Assembly (NCBI GenBank): GCA_964639895.1
Contig: CAZXEJ010000001.1
Location: forward strand, 60,237-124,236
DNA from: an uncultured Spirochaetia bacterium
GTDB taxonomy: Bacteria > Desulfobacterota_D > UBA1144 > Nemesobacterales > JADFKM01
DNA: 64,000 bases
Direction: 5' to 3'
Made by a program: the position numbers and the translations under genes. Below the pieces are notes generated by a model. The model ran no database searches. It was not told the DNA's origin and was given only the letters and a program-made list of their open reading frames with translations. Positions 42,529 through 52,286 of this stretch are shown here, piece by piece. Numbering within the stretch: the first letter of the stretch is position 1; every line of letters begins with the position of its first letter.

Positions 42529-43779
42529 ATGGGAGAACAGATCCGCTTCCTTCACCTCTCCGATCTCCACCTCGGCATCGAAACCCACGGCCGGCTCAAC
42601 ACGGCCACAGGCCTCAACACCCGCCTCGAAGACGTCCTCGGCTCGCTCGATACGGCCGTCGACGAGGCCGTCCGCCGCAGGGTGCACGCCGTATTCATAG
42701 CCGGCGACATATTCCACAAGGAGAACCCCTCGCCGACGGAGGAGATCGAGTTCGCACGTCGCATAAGGCGGCTCGTCTCCGAGACGGACGCCCACGTCGT
42801 GATCACGCTCGGCAACCACGACTATCCGTCGGCCACCAGGCGCGCCGCGGCCGTCGAGATCTTCCCCGCACTCACCATGGAGAGGGTGTACGTGGCCAGG
42901 GCACCCGCCGTCTTGAGGCTCGAAACCGAAGGGGTACCCCTGCAGGTGGCGTGCCTGCCGTGGGCGAGGAAGGGGGCGCTGCTTACGAAGGACGACATCA
43001 AGTCCCTTCCCGTAGACGAGATCACGCGCGAGGCCGAACGGCGCATGGCCGCCGTCCTGGAGCGCCTGCTGGGAGAGCTGGATCCGTCGCTGCCGGCCGT
43101 CGTCACGGCCCATGCCGCTGTAAGGAACGCCGTCTACAGCGGGACAGAGAGGACGAGCCTTGAGGCCGAGGATCCCACGTTGCCGCTCGGGCTCTTGTGT
43201 TCGGACAAGGTGGCCTACGTGGCCCTGGGCCACATACACCGCTTCCAGGACCTCAACCGCGGCAGGCGGCCGCCGGTCGTCTATGCGGGCAGCATCGAAA
43301 GGGTGGACTTCTCCGAGGAGCGGGAGGACAAGGGGTTCGTGGCCGGGGAGATAATCCGGGACGGCGGCTCGTGGACGGCTAGCTACGAATTCGTGCCCAC
43401 CCCCGCCAGGGCGTTCCGCACGCTCGAAGTGGAGATAGACGACGAGGGCCGCTGGGAGGAGAAACTGCGCGGCGAGGCAGCCGTCCGCGGCACAGAGGAT
43501 GCGGTCGTGCGTGTAAGGTGCAAGATACGCAACCCGGAACTCCGCATCGACGGGCGCCGCATACGCCACCTGCTGGAAGGGGCCTTCTCCGTCACCGTGG
43601 AGCCGGTGTTCGAGGGGCCGCTCACCTCGCCGCGAAGCCCGGCCCTGAGGGGCGAGCTGGACCCGATCGAGGCGCTGCGAGCGTACATAAGTCTCAAGCC
43701 CGAGCTGCGACGGATGGAGGACGAGCTCATCGCCCGCGCGCGCGCCCTCATCGAGAAGGCCGTCGAGAGCGAGCCATGA
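42529..43779 (+). CDS. sbcD: DNA repair exonuclease SbcD (Mre11-type metallophosphoesterase)
   Basis: Start MGEQIRFLHLSDLHLG. Phosphoesterase motifs DLHLG, GDIFH, GNHD, GHIH and a C-terminal capping domain. No sbcC follows. Confidence 0.85.
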   Translation: MGEQIRFLHLSDLHLGIETHGRLNTATGLNTRLEDVLGSLDTAVDEAVRRRVHAVFIAGDIFHKENPSPTEEIEFARRIRRLVSETDAHVVITLGNHDYPSATRRAAAVEIFPALTMERVYVARAPAVLRLETEGVPLQVACLPWARKGALLTKDDIKSLPVDEITREAERRMAAVLERLLGELDPSLPAVVTAHAAVRNAVYSGTERTSLEAEDPTLPLGLLCSDKVAYVALGHIHRFQDLNRGRRPPVVYAGSIERVDFSEEREDKGFVAGEIIRDGGSWTASYEFVPTPARAFRTLEVEIDDEGRWEEKLRGEAAVRGTEDAVVRVRCKIRNPELRIDGRRIRHLLEGAFSVTVEPVFEGPLTSPRSPALRGELDPIEALRAYISLKPELRRMEDELIARARALIEKAVESEP

Positions 43780-43983
43780 CCGGAGGGGGCAGGTCCAGCC
43801 CCGACACCGCCCACACCCCCCACGCCACGGTCGCCTCCGTGCCGCCCGGTACGGTTGCACGAGCCGCGGCCCATCCTGCGACTTTCACCCTCCTCTTTAC
43901 CGCACGCCGCACCCAACTCCTTCCAACGCATGCGCCCCGGCGGGAATCGGTCGCCTCCCGCCCTCCCGCGCATCCACCCCCCC

Positions 43984-45618
43984 TCATACGGGACATATGA
44001 GCGAACCCAGCCTCTCCATAAGGCTCAGGTTCTCGCTGTAGTCGACCGGACAATCGATCACAGCCGGCCTGTCTAGCGAGAGCGCCTCCTCGAGTATGTC
44101 TCTCAGCTCGTCGGCCCCTTCGACCCTGTAGCCCGCCGCCCCGAAGCTGCGGGCGAACTGTACGAAGTCGGGGTTCTCGAAATGTATCTGGGTGCTGCGG
44201 CCGAACTCCCTCATCTGCTTGAGCTCTATGAGGCCGTAGGTGTTGTCGCTGAACACCAGTGCCACTACGGGCACGTTGAGCCTTACGGCCGTCTCCAGTT
44301 CCTGGGCGTTCATCAGGAAGCCGCCGTCACCGCTTACGGTCACCACCCTCTTTTCCGGATAGAGCAGCTTGGCCGCTATGGCCCCGGGCAAGCCGATGCC
44401 CATCGATGCGAAGCCGTTCGATATGATGCATGTGTTGGGCTCGTAGCAAGGAAACACACGGGCGACCCATATCTTGTGGGCGCCAACGTCGGAGACGACT
44501 ATGTCGTCGGCCCGAAGCACCTGGCGCAGGTCGTAGAGAATCTTCTGCGGCTTTATGGGGAACGACGTGTCGTCGCGGTAGTCCTCGAACTCCCTGACGA
44601 TGTACTGCCTGAGCTTCTTCGTGTAGTTGGCCCCGCTGGGGGTCGCGCGGTCGGCTATCTCACGGAGCGAAAGCGAGATGTCGCCGAGAACGCCCACGGA
44701 GACGATGTAGTGCTGGTCCACCTCGGCCGGGCACGTGTCTATGTGGACGATTTTCTTGTCCTTGTTCGGATTCCAGTTGGCCGGGGCGTACTCGACGAGA
44801 TCGTAGCCCACGGTGATTACGACGTCGGCCTTGTCGAAGCCGCACGAGACGTAGTCCCTGACCTGGAGGCCCACGGTCCTCAGCGAGTAGGGGCTCGCGT
44901 CCGATATCACCCCCTTGCCCATGAACGTCTCGGCCACGGGGATGTTGAGCTTCTCGGCGAACTCGCGCACGGCCCCGGACGCCCGCGTGCGGATGGCCCC
45001 GTTGCCGACGAGCATCATCGGGTACTTGGCCTCGGAAATGATCTTCACCGCCCGCTCCACCTGGTGCTCGAGGGGCTCCGTCCTGTAGGGGAACTGCGCA
45101 AGCAGCGGCTCGCAACCGCTGACCTCGCGCGCGGCCACGTCCTCGGGAAGCTCTATGTGGGTGGCGCCGGGCTTTTCCGTCTGGGCCACCTTGAACGCCT
45201 TCCTCACCGCCTCGGCCGTCACCTCGGGCAGCATGATGCGCGTGTTCCACTTCGTCACCGGGTGGAACAGGCTCACGGTGTCGATGAACTGGTGGGACTC
45301 CTTGTGGAACTTGTCGAGCGAGGCCTGGCCGGTAATCGCCACAAGCGGCGCCCTGTCGAGGTTGGCGTCGGCGATGCCGGTCACCAGGTTGGTGGCCCCG
45401 GGTCCAAGGGTGGCCAGGCACACCCCGGCCTTGCCGCTGAGCCTGCCGTAGACGTCGGCCATGAAGGCGGCCCCCTGCTCGTGGCGGGTGAGTACGAACT
45501 CGATGGAAGAGTCGGCGAGGGCGTCCATGACGTGGAGATTTTCCTCGCCGGGCAGGCCGAATATGTAGGCTACGTCCTCGTTCTCAAGACACCTTACCAC
45601 CAGTTCCGCGACCTTCAC
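43984..45618 (-). CDS. thiamine-pyrophosphate enzyme, acetolactate synthase large-subunit-like
   Basis: About 545 aa from a GTG at VKVAELVV, with a GGGGG Shine-Dalgarno upstream. N-terminal TPP-Pyr domain, a central domain, and C-terminal GDGGF..N TPP-binding motif (VTVSGDGGFLMNAQEL). The tracked ORF begins with TTG at 45669. Confidence 0.85.
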   Translation of the reverse strand: MKVAELVVRCLENEDVAYIFGLPGEENLHVMDALADSSIEFVLTRHEQGAAFMADVYGRLSGKAGVCLATLGPGATNLVTGIADANLDRAPLVAITGQASLDKFHKESHQFIDTVSLFHPVTKWNTRIMLPEVTAEAVRKAFKVAQTEKPGATHIELPEDVAAREVSGCEPLLAQFPYRTEPLEHQVERAVKIISEAKYPMMLVGNGAIRTRASGAVREFAEKLNIPVAETFMGKGVISDASPYSLRTVGLQVRDYVSCGFDKADVVITVGYDLVEYAPANWNPNKDKKIVHIDTCPAEVDQHYIVSVGVLGDISLSLREIADRATPSGANYTKKLRQYIVREFEDYRDDTSFPIKPQKILYDLRQVLRADDIVVSDVGAHKIWVARVFPCYEPNTCIISNGFASMGIGLPGAIAAKLLYPEKRVVTVSGDGGFLMNAQELETAVRLNVPVVALVFSDNTYGLIELKQMREFGRSTQIHFENPDFVQFARSFGAAGYRVEGADELRDILEEALSLDRPAVIDCPVDYSENLSLMERLGSLICPV

Positions 45619-46577
45619 CTTGTAACACCCCCTGCACGGAATAGTCCCCTGGGAGAAAACCCCAAGCAACCCAACTAAAATCTATTATGAAACAAAAAAG
45701 GGCCGGTGACAAAGCAGCCGACGACACATGCGCTCACGACCGGGAAGGAGCGCTCTACGAGGGGGCCGTGTTTCGGCCGAGGGTTCCTGGATCCAAAGCA
45801 GCAAGCAGGCAACATCACTTCAGACCCCCGCCCACATCTCCCACCAGCGCATGGACTAAGGAACCACGAGCATTATCCACCAAAAACCTTCCGTACCCCC
45901 CCTCACCCCGGCGGACGAGGATAACCTCCACTCATCCGATCCCCCAACACACAGGGACAAAGACGCTTACAACGGGGAAATGCGACACCGGTGGGCGTTA
46001 CCCCTCGTGCATCAGGGGGGGACAAAGGCCACCGCACGGGGCGTCTATGCGGCCTCCCCTACCACCATGGTCTGAGGAGCACACTCCGCAATGCCGCACC
46101 GGGCAAGGGACGGAACCGCATAGTTGCGCGAGACGCCGCATGCACGTACTTCATCCCATGGCAGCCGCTCCAACACGGCAACCGCCGTCGAGTCCGACTT
46201 GCGGGCCCGCGTGAAGGGAGGCATACCACGTAGAGGTAGAGGCAAACAATGGACGCCCCGACCCACGGCGCCCGTGGGAACGCAGATGTGGCGGGGGCCT
46301 GGGCACCTACATGCCGCCGCCACAAGCAGCCCGAGCACAGGGCACGCGTTCGGCAGCCAGCCGCCGACGGCGGGTCTATACGGCCGGAGCGAGAGTGCTC
46401 GTCACCTTCGTCCACGGCTCGATGCGGCTCGCCCACAGGCGCTCCAAGGATGCAACGCCCATGCAACTCGAAAGGATTGTGTATATTTGAGCACGTCGGC
46501 ACTCCCTTTTGCCGAGGCCGCCTTCTACTCTGGCGGCGTCCATGGACGGGAGAGGAGCCCCCTCCGTCCGAGGCGGC

Positions 46578-46919
46578 TCAGCCGTCCCTTCCGAAGTGCC
46601 TGCGTGCTATGGGATCGTCGTCGAGCTCGGAGACGAGGTAGCCCACCTCGTACTGGTTGTGTGGCCTGTAGTAGAGCCTCACGCCCTGGGGCGTCCTCAT
46701 GTAGAACCCCTCGCGTACCGTGTGGTCGGGAAGCTCCACCTCGTAGACCGGCACGGCCACGGTGCCTCCGCCCAGGTTGACGGGCATCCTCTCCTCCCTC
46801 AGCTTCTCGACCCTGCGCGCGACGTCCCACACCTTGGGAAAGACCTGACCTTTCACTTCCACCTTCATCACCATGACGAACCAAACCGCTTCGGCTCTCT
46901 CGCCGCGCAGCCCGCACAC
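46578..46919 (-). CDS. hypothetical small protein
   Basis: 113 aa ORF. A likely start is the internal MKVEVKGQVF... No recognised domain. 9 nt downstream of the zinc-ribbon ORF. Confidence 0.4.
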   Translation of the reverse strand: MCGLRGERAEAVWFVMVMKVEVKGQVFPKVWDVARRVEKLREERMPVNLGGGTVAVPVYEVELPDHTVREGFYMRTPQGVRLYYRPHNQYEVGYLVSELDDDPIARRHFGRDG

Positions 46920-46928
46920 CGTGGCGGA

Positions 46929-47342
46929 CTACGCCACTTCCGAGACTTCCACTCTAGTTATCATCCCGATGCAGCTCAGTATCCTGTCCAGTTTCTCCCT
47001 TCTCTCGTGCACGCGGCTCACGCTCAGCCGCTCCCCGCACGACGGACAGCTCACCCCCTCGCGGGACTGCCGCTCGTTGAGCCAGCTCTCATCGCTCCAC
47101 CCGCACCCCGCACACCGAAGCAGCACCTTGGCGTACCACGCAAGATGGGAGTAGAGGAGCTCGTTTATGCTCCTTACACGAAGAGAATCGGCCCACGTCA
47201 CGAGGTCCTCGGCGAGCCGGCGCCTGTAGCGCTCGGGCACCTCCTCGAAGGAGCCCGAGTAGATCACATCGTCGTCGACGAACACCCTGAACACTACCTC
47301 CACGGCCGCAGACCTCCTGCCACCAGCCATATCAAAATACAC
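46929..47342 (-). CDS. hypothetical protein with C-terminal CxxC-N17-CxxC zinc ribbon
   Basis: 137 aa. CAGCGW...CPSCGERL. Non-low-complexity composition, unlike the surrounding spurious ORFs. Confidence 0.4.
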   Translation of the reverse strand: MYFDMAGGRRSAAVEVVFRVFVDDDVIYSGSFEEVPERYRRRLAEDLVTWADSLRVRSINELLYSHLAWYAKVLLRCAGCGWSDESWLNERQSREGVSCPSCGERLSVSRVHERREKLDRILSCIGMITRVEVSEVA

Positions 47343-47816
47343 TTGTGTGAGGCCGTTTTCAACCGCGGGAAGCGAGCCCTACATGCAACCTCTCCAGGCC
47401 ACGCAGCTCCAGGGCCCGGACAGGTACGGGGAGGCGCGCAGCCGACGTGGCCAGAACGGCTGGGCGCACCGAGTGCGCACCTCCCCGATGGCCGCAAAGG
47501 CGCGCCTCGGCCGCCGGGCATGCAGCCCGGAGAGGTCGCCCGGGTCGCAATCCGCCTCCCTCTCCAGGGGCCGGCCGGCGAGGAGGCCACGGCCACCAAA
47601 CCCACGGGTTCGCGGGACGGGCAACACGCAGCCCACCACCCCCAGCCGACTCGCCACTACACGGAACGCATGCACACCAAACCGCAGCCCATGCGGTACG
47701 TGCAGCGCACGCCCGCCGCATACGCTACCAAGGGACGCCGGGTCCGGAACGCACCCGCAGCCGGGCGCAAGCGTTGCTGCGCCGGCTCATGTGGCGGTCA
47801 ACCGATTCTATTCTAT

Positions 47817-48896
47817 TCAATCCACGCGGGAGAGCCTGGACGACAACAGGTGGTCCACCAGGACGAGGTTCACCATCGCCTCTGCAATGGGTACGGCGCG
47901 CGGGCAGAGGCACGGGTCGTGGCGTCCCTTCACGACGAGCTCGCGCTTGCGGCCGTGGCGGTCGACGGTGTGCTGTACGGAGGGAATCGACGAGGTTGGC
48001 TTTACGGCTATCCTCACCACCAACTCCTCGCCCGTAGTGATCCCACCGAGCAGGCCGCCTGCCCGGTTGGTCTTGAACCGCAGCCTGCCCTCGGCGTCGG
48101 CGTACATGAGGTCGTTTACCTGCGAGCCCCTCTTCTTTGCGGCCTCGAACCCCAGCCCGATCTCGAATCCCCTCACGCCACCTATGCTCATGAGAGCAGC
48201 CGCAAGGTCGGCGTCGAGCTTGTGGAACACCGGCTCGCCGAGCCCCGCCGGAAGACCGCGCGTCACGACCTCTACCACCCCACCCACCGAGTCTCCCTGC
48301 GAGCGTACCTCCTCGATGAGCTCCACCATCCTGCGGGCGGCCTCCGCATCGGGACACCTCACCGGGTTGCGCTCGATCTCGGAGAGGTCCACCTTCCGGG
48401 CCACCACGTTGCCCACGCGGCGCACGAAACCCGTGGTAACCACCCCGTGGCGGGCGAGCAGCTTCTTGGCGATGGCTCCGGCGGCCACGCGGCCCACCGT
48501 CTCGCGGGCCGAGGCTCGTCCACCGCCACGCCAGTCACGGTGGCCGTACTTGGCCTCGTAGGTGAAATCGGCGTGGCCCGGCCTGTAGACGTCGCGTATG
48601 TCCTCGTAGGACTTCGATATGACGTCGCGGTTGTAGACCAGCATCGATATGGGAGTCCCTAAGGTCCTGCCCTCGAACACCCCCGACAGTATCTCGACCT
48701 CGTCGGGCTCCTTGCGCTGTGTGGTTATGACGCTCTGACCGGGACGGCGCCTGTCGAGCTCGAACTGGATGTCGCTCTCGCTGAGCTCCAGTCCGGCCGG
48801 ACAGCCGTCGACCACGACGCCCACGGCCCTACCGTGGGACTCGCCCCAGGTGGTGACGGTGAAGTAGCGGCCGAACGTGTTGCCGGGCATGCTCAA
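47817..48896 (-). CDS. aroC: chorismate synthase
   Basis: 359 aa. GESHG N-terminal motif ([22 protein letters not shown]) and conserved AroC signatures. Confidence 0.95.
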   Translation of the reverse strand: MSMPGNTFGRYFTVTTWGESHGRAVGVVVDGCPAGLELSESDIQFELDRRRPGQSVITTQRKEPDEVEILSGVFEGRTLGTPISMLVYNRDVISKSYEDIRDVYRPGHADFTYEAKYGHRDWRGGGRASARETVGRVAAGAIAKKLLARHGVVTTGFVRRVGNVVARKVDLSEIERNPVRCPDAEAARRMVELIEEVRSQGDSVGGVVEVVTRGLPAGLGEPVFHKLDADLAAALMSIGGVRGFEIGLGFEAAKKRGSQVNDLMYADAEGRLRFKTNRAGGLLGGITTGEELVVRIAVKPTSSIPSVQHTVDRHGRKRELVVKGRHDPCLCPRAVPIAEAMVNLVLVDHLLSSRLSRVD

Positions 48897-49033
48897 ATTC
48901 TATACCACGGGCGGCGGCGTTTCAACGACCCCGCCGGCACCGAGGGCGGCGGTGCGCTATTGCCATCGCGCGCGGGGATCCTTAATATTAAGAGCGTGGA
49001 AAGGGGAACCTCCCAACGCACGACCCGCCTGCC

Positions 49034-49807
49034 ATGAGGATCCATATTCTAGGCTGTTCAGGCTCACAGACGACGGGCTCCGGTACGACCTCCATCCTCG
49101 TTGACGACACCCTGCTCGTAGACGCCGGCACGGCCGCCGTCGACGTCCCGCACTCGACGCGGCTCGGGCTGAGCGGCGTCGTGCTTACCCACGCCCACCT
49201 CGACCACGTGTGCGGGCTCGCCTTCCTGCTCGACTCCCGGCACGCCCGGGACGGTCGTACGCTGCCCCTTGCAGCCTCACCGAGCACGATCGAGGCGCTG
49301 AGAGACCACCTGTTCAACGACCTCATCTGGCCCGATCTCACGAGGCTTCCCACCCCCGCCCGCCCGGCGATCACCTACGTCTCCCTGCCGCCATGCGAGC
49401 CGCACTCATTGTGCGGCTACACGGTCACGGCCGTTCCCGTCGACCACTCCATCCCCACCGTCGGCCTCATCCTGTCCGACGGCCGCTCGGCCGTGGCCTT
49501 CTCATCCGACACCGGCCCCACGGAGAAATTCTGGGAGGCCGTGGGCGGCGACCCCTCCGTGAGGGCGCTCATCGTGGAGTGCTCCTTCCCGAACGAGATG
49601 GAGCGCGAGGCCGTGGCGACGGACCACCTTACGCCGAGGATGCTGGGAAGGGAACTTGCCAAATGCACCCGCCCCGGGATGGAGGTCTACGTGACCCACC
49701 TGAAACCCCCCTACAGGGAGCGCATAGCGCGTGAGCTGATGGAGCTCAGTCTGAAGACGGGGATGGAGCTTACGTTGCTGAGGGACGGCATGACGATCGA
49801 CGTCTAG
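49034..49807 (+). CDS. class II 3',5'-cyclic-nucleotide phosphodiesterase (MBL fold)
   Basis: 257 aa. THAHLDHVCGLAFLLDS closely matches the class II cAMP-PDE signature HxHLDH..G. Confidence 0.75.
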   Translation: MRIHILGCSGSQTTGSGTTSILVDDTLLVDAGTAAVDVPHSTRLGLSGVVLTHAHLDHVCGLAFLLDSRHARDGRTLPLAASPSTIEALRDHLFNDLIWPDLTRLPTPARPAITYVSLPPCEPHSLCGYTVTAVPVDHSIPTVGLILSDGRSAVAFSSDTGPTEKFWEAVGGDPSVRALIVECSFPNEMEREAVATDHLTPRMLGRELAKCTRPGMEVYVTHLKPPYRERIARELMELSLKTGMELTLLRDGMTIDV

Positions 49808-49864
49808 CGCACGGCAAGGGCGCCGTGGGAAGGCCGCCAGGGGAGTGCGGCGCACGAGGATACG

Positions 49865-52018
49865 ATGGTCCGAGGACGAAGCGAGACCAGCCGAGGACGA
49901 AGGGCGCTCGCCGCGGCGCTTCTGGCTGGTGCCGTGGGCGCGCTGCTGGGCGCTGCCCTATACGTGCTCAATCCCCAGCCGCTCTATGAGATCGACCGCC
50001 GTCTCGTCGACGAGAGGCAGAGGCTGCGGGGCCCCCGCCGGCCCCCCGCCGAGGTGGTGCTCGTGGCCATCGACGAGAAGAGCATCAACCGCTACGGGCG
50101 CTGGCCGTGGCCGAGGAGCCGCGTGGCGTCGCTCATCGAAAGGATAGCCAAAGCCGGGGCCAAGACGATCGCCCTCGACGTCGTCTTCTCCGAGCCTGCC
50201 ACTCCCGCCGAGGACGGCGCCCTCGCCGAGGCCGTAGCACGGGCGGGCAACGTGGTGCTGGGCTACTTCTTCCGCGACGACGCCTCCTCACCTCCTCCCG
50301 CCGAGGCGCTCGAGCAGCTCAAGAGGAGCGCCGTCAGGATAACCCTCGGCGAGCTCGACCGGCCGCCGCTCGGCTTTCCGGACGTCGAACTGAACATACC
50401 TTCGCTCGGGCGCGGGGCCTCGGCGATGGGGTTTTTCAACTTCCCCACGGCCGATCCGGACGGCCTCCTCAGGAGGTCACTCCTTGTGGCGTCGTTCCGT
50501 GGAGCCATATACCCTTCGCTCGCCCTTGCGGCGGCAAGCAGCTTCGTCGGCGGGTCCCCGGCGATGCGAGCCGGCCCCCGCCGGGGGGTGGAGGGGTTCG
50601 TGCTGGGCAGCCTCCAGGTAACGACCACACCCCACGGCGAGCTCGTGCTCAACTACTACGGTCCCGCGGGCTCGCTCCCCACGGTGAGCGCAGCCGATGT
50701 GCTCGACGGAACCTTCGTCGGCGACACCCTTGCGGGAAGGCTCGTATTGGTCGGGGCCACGGAGACGGGCATAGCCGACACGCGGGCGACCCCCCTTGAG
50801 CCGTTCATGCCTGGCGTGGAGGTGCAGGCCACGGCCGCCGCCAACATCTTGGACGGCTCCTTCCTCGTAGAGGGCCCGGCGTCGCGCATCGCCGACTACG
50901 CGGCTCTCGTCGTGCTGCCGCTCGCCCTGGGCCTTGTGCTCGCCTTCGTGCCGTCTACCCCCGTCGGCGCGACGGTCTGGCTCGCCGCGCTCGCACTGGA
51001 GGCAACGGCGGGCTACTGGCTGTTCCGCGCATTCAACCTTTCGACGACGGCCCTCTATCCGGCGCTCTCGCTCACGGCGGCGTTCGTTCTCTTCGAGAGC
51101 TACCGCAACGTCGCTCTGGAGAGGAGGCGTCGGTACCTGCGGCGCGCCTTCTCCACCTACCTGGCCCCGGAGCTCGTCCGCAGGCTCGTCGAGGACCCCG
51201 ACCGCCTGCGCCTGGGGGGACGGACGGCCGAGGTGACGGTGCTTTTCTGTGACGTGCGCGGTTTCACCAGACTCGCCGAGAGCCTCTCGGCCGAGGAGAC
51301 GGTCGAGCTGCTCAACTCGATGCTCGGCCCCCTGAGCCGGATCGTGATGAACGAGGGCGGAATGCTCGACAAGTACCTGGGCGACGGCCTGATGGCCGTC
51401 TTCGGGGCCCCCATCGAGGTGGAGGACCACGCGCGGCGGGCCTGCAGGGCGGCCCTCGAGATGGCGGCCGCCGTCGAGCGGCTCAACGAAGAGCGCGCAG
51501 GGCGCGGACTGGCACCACTGCGGCTGGGCATAGGCATCAGCACCGGGCGCGCCGTCGTGGGCAACATCGGGGCCGACGTGAGGTTCGACTTCACCGCCGT
51601 GGGCGATGCCGTCAACGTGGCCTCACGCCTGGAGGAGCTCTCGAAGCACTACGGGGCCACGATCGTCGTAAGCGAATCCACCCGCGAGGCCCTCGGCGAC
51701 GGGGAATTCACTGCGAGGCGGCTCGATACGGTGAGGCTCAGGGGGCGGCGTCGGCCGGTGGCCGTCTACGAGATAGTGCCTACAGGAGACGCCGCCCGCA
51801 GGGCCGAGAGGTTCGAGAGGGCAAGGCTTCTCTATACGGAGAAGAGGTTTGGCGAAGCGCTGGCGCTGTTCCGGGCCATAGTGGAAGACGACCCCTCGGA
51901 CGGCCCAGCGTTGCTATACGTGCGAAGGTGCGAACGCCTGATCGAGAACCCGCCCTCGCCGGAGTGGGACGCGGTGTTTGAGGCCGAAGCGGAAGAAAGT
52001 TTCCCCGAGACCACATAG
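49865..52018 (+). CDS. CHASE2 sensor domain-containing adenylate/guanylate cyclase
   Basis: 717 aa. N-terminal TM, periplasmic CHASE2-like region (VVLVAIDEKS...YGRWPWPR), 3-4 TM helices, and a C-terminal class III cyclase domain (FCDVRGFT..., GDG.MAVFGAP). Confidence 0.9.
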   Translation: MVRGRSETSRGRRALAAALLAGAVGALLGAALYVLNPQPLYEIDRRLVDERQRLRGPRRPPAEVVLVAIDEKSINRYGRWPWPRSRVASLIERIAKAGAKTIALDVVFSEPATPAEDGALAEAVARAGNVVLGYFFRDDASSPPPAEALEQLKRSAVRITLGELDRPPLGFPDVELNIPSLGRGASAMGFFNFPTADPDGLLRRSLLVASFRGAIYPSLALAAASSFVGGSPAMRAGPRRGVEGFVLGSLQVTTTPHGELVLNYYGPAGSLPTVSAADVLDGTFVGDTLAGRLVLVGATETGIADTRATPLEPFMPGVEVQATAAANILDGSFLVEGPASRIADYAALVVLPLALGLVLAFVPSTPVGATVWLAALALEATAGYWLFRAFNLSTTALYPALSLTAAFVLFESYRNVALERRRRYLRRAFSTYLAPELVRRLVEDPDRLRLGGRTAEVTVLFCDVRGFTRLAESLSAEETVELLNSMLGPLSRIVMNEGGMLDKYLGDGLMAVFGAPIEVEDHARRACRAALEMAAAVERLNEERAGRGLAPLRLGIGISTGRAVVGNIGADVRFDFTAVGDAVNVASRLEELSKHYGATIVVSESTREALGDGEFTARRLDTVRLRGRRRPVAVYEIVPTGDAARRAERFERARLLYTEKRFGEALALFRAIVEDDPSDGPALLYVRRCERLIENPPSPEWDAVFEAEAEESFPETT

Positions 52019-52197
52019 AGCCCCGGGGCAAGAAACGCCGTTACAGGACGTTACGTGACGAAGCGGAGAAAATGCCTTACCCATGCGTTTTAACTCGCTT
52101 GCATCATAACATATCCAATCTCCAGCGCACGAGATGGACGGAGGGGACCGGAATTAAAGGACACAATTAACTTTTGGTCCAAATCGCCTATCCCGTA

Positions 52198-52227
52198 TTG
52201 ACATTTGATCAAAAAAGGCTGTACAAT
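52198..52227 (+). promoter_or_regulatory. near-consensus sigma70 promoter (TTGACA-N18-TACAAT)
   Basis: TTGACAtttgatcaaaaaaggctgTACAAT lies 60 nt upstream of the TPR/beta-barrel gene. The spacer contains the palindrome TTGATCAA. The leader carries a GGGGAAGT direct repeat. Confidence 0.4.
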
Positions 52228-52286
52228 GTGGGGGAAGTCCGTCCCCGTAGGGCGACAGGCGGGGAAGTGGTGCGAGAAGGGATGAG

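Noticed and set aside
42514-43860. 448-aa minus-strand ORF
   Set aside because: Antisense to sbcD. No motifs. Shadow ORF.
46509-48662. 717-aa ORF on the plus strand
   Set aside because: Antisense to aroC and the downstream small genes. Arg/Pro/Gly/Ala/His-rich low-complexity translation typical of GC-rich noncoding frames. No recognisable motifs.
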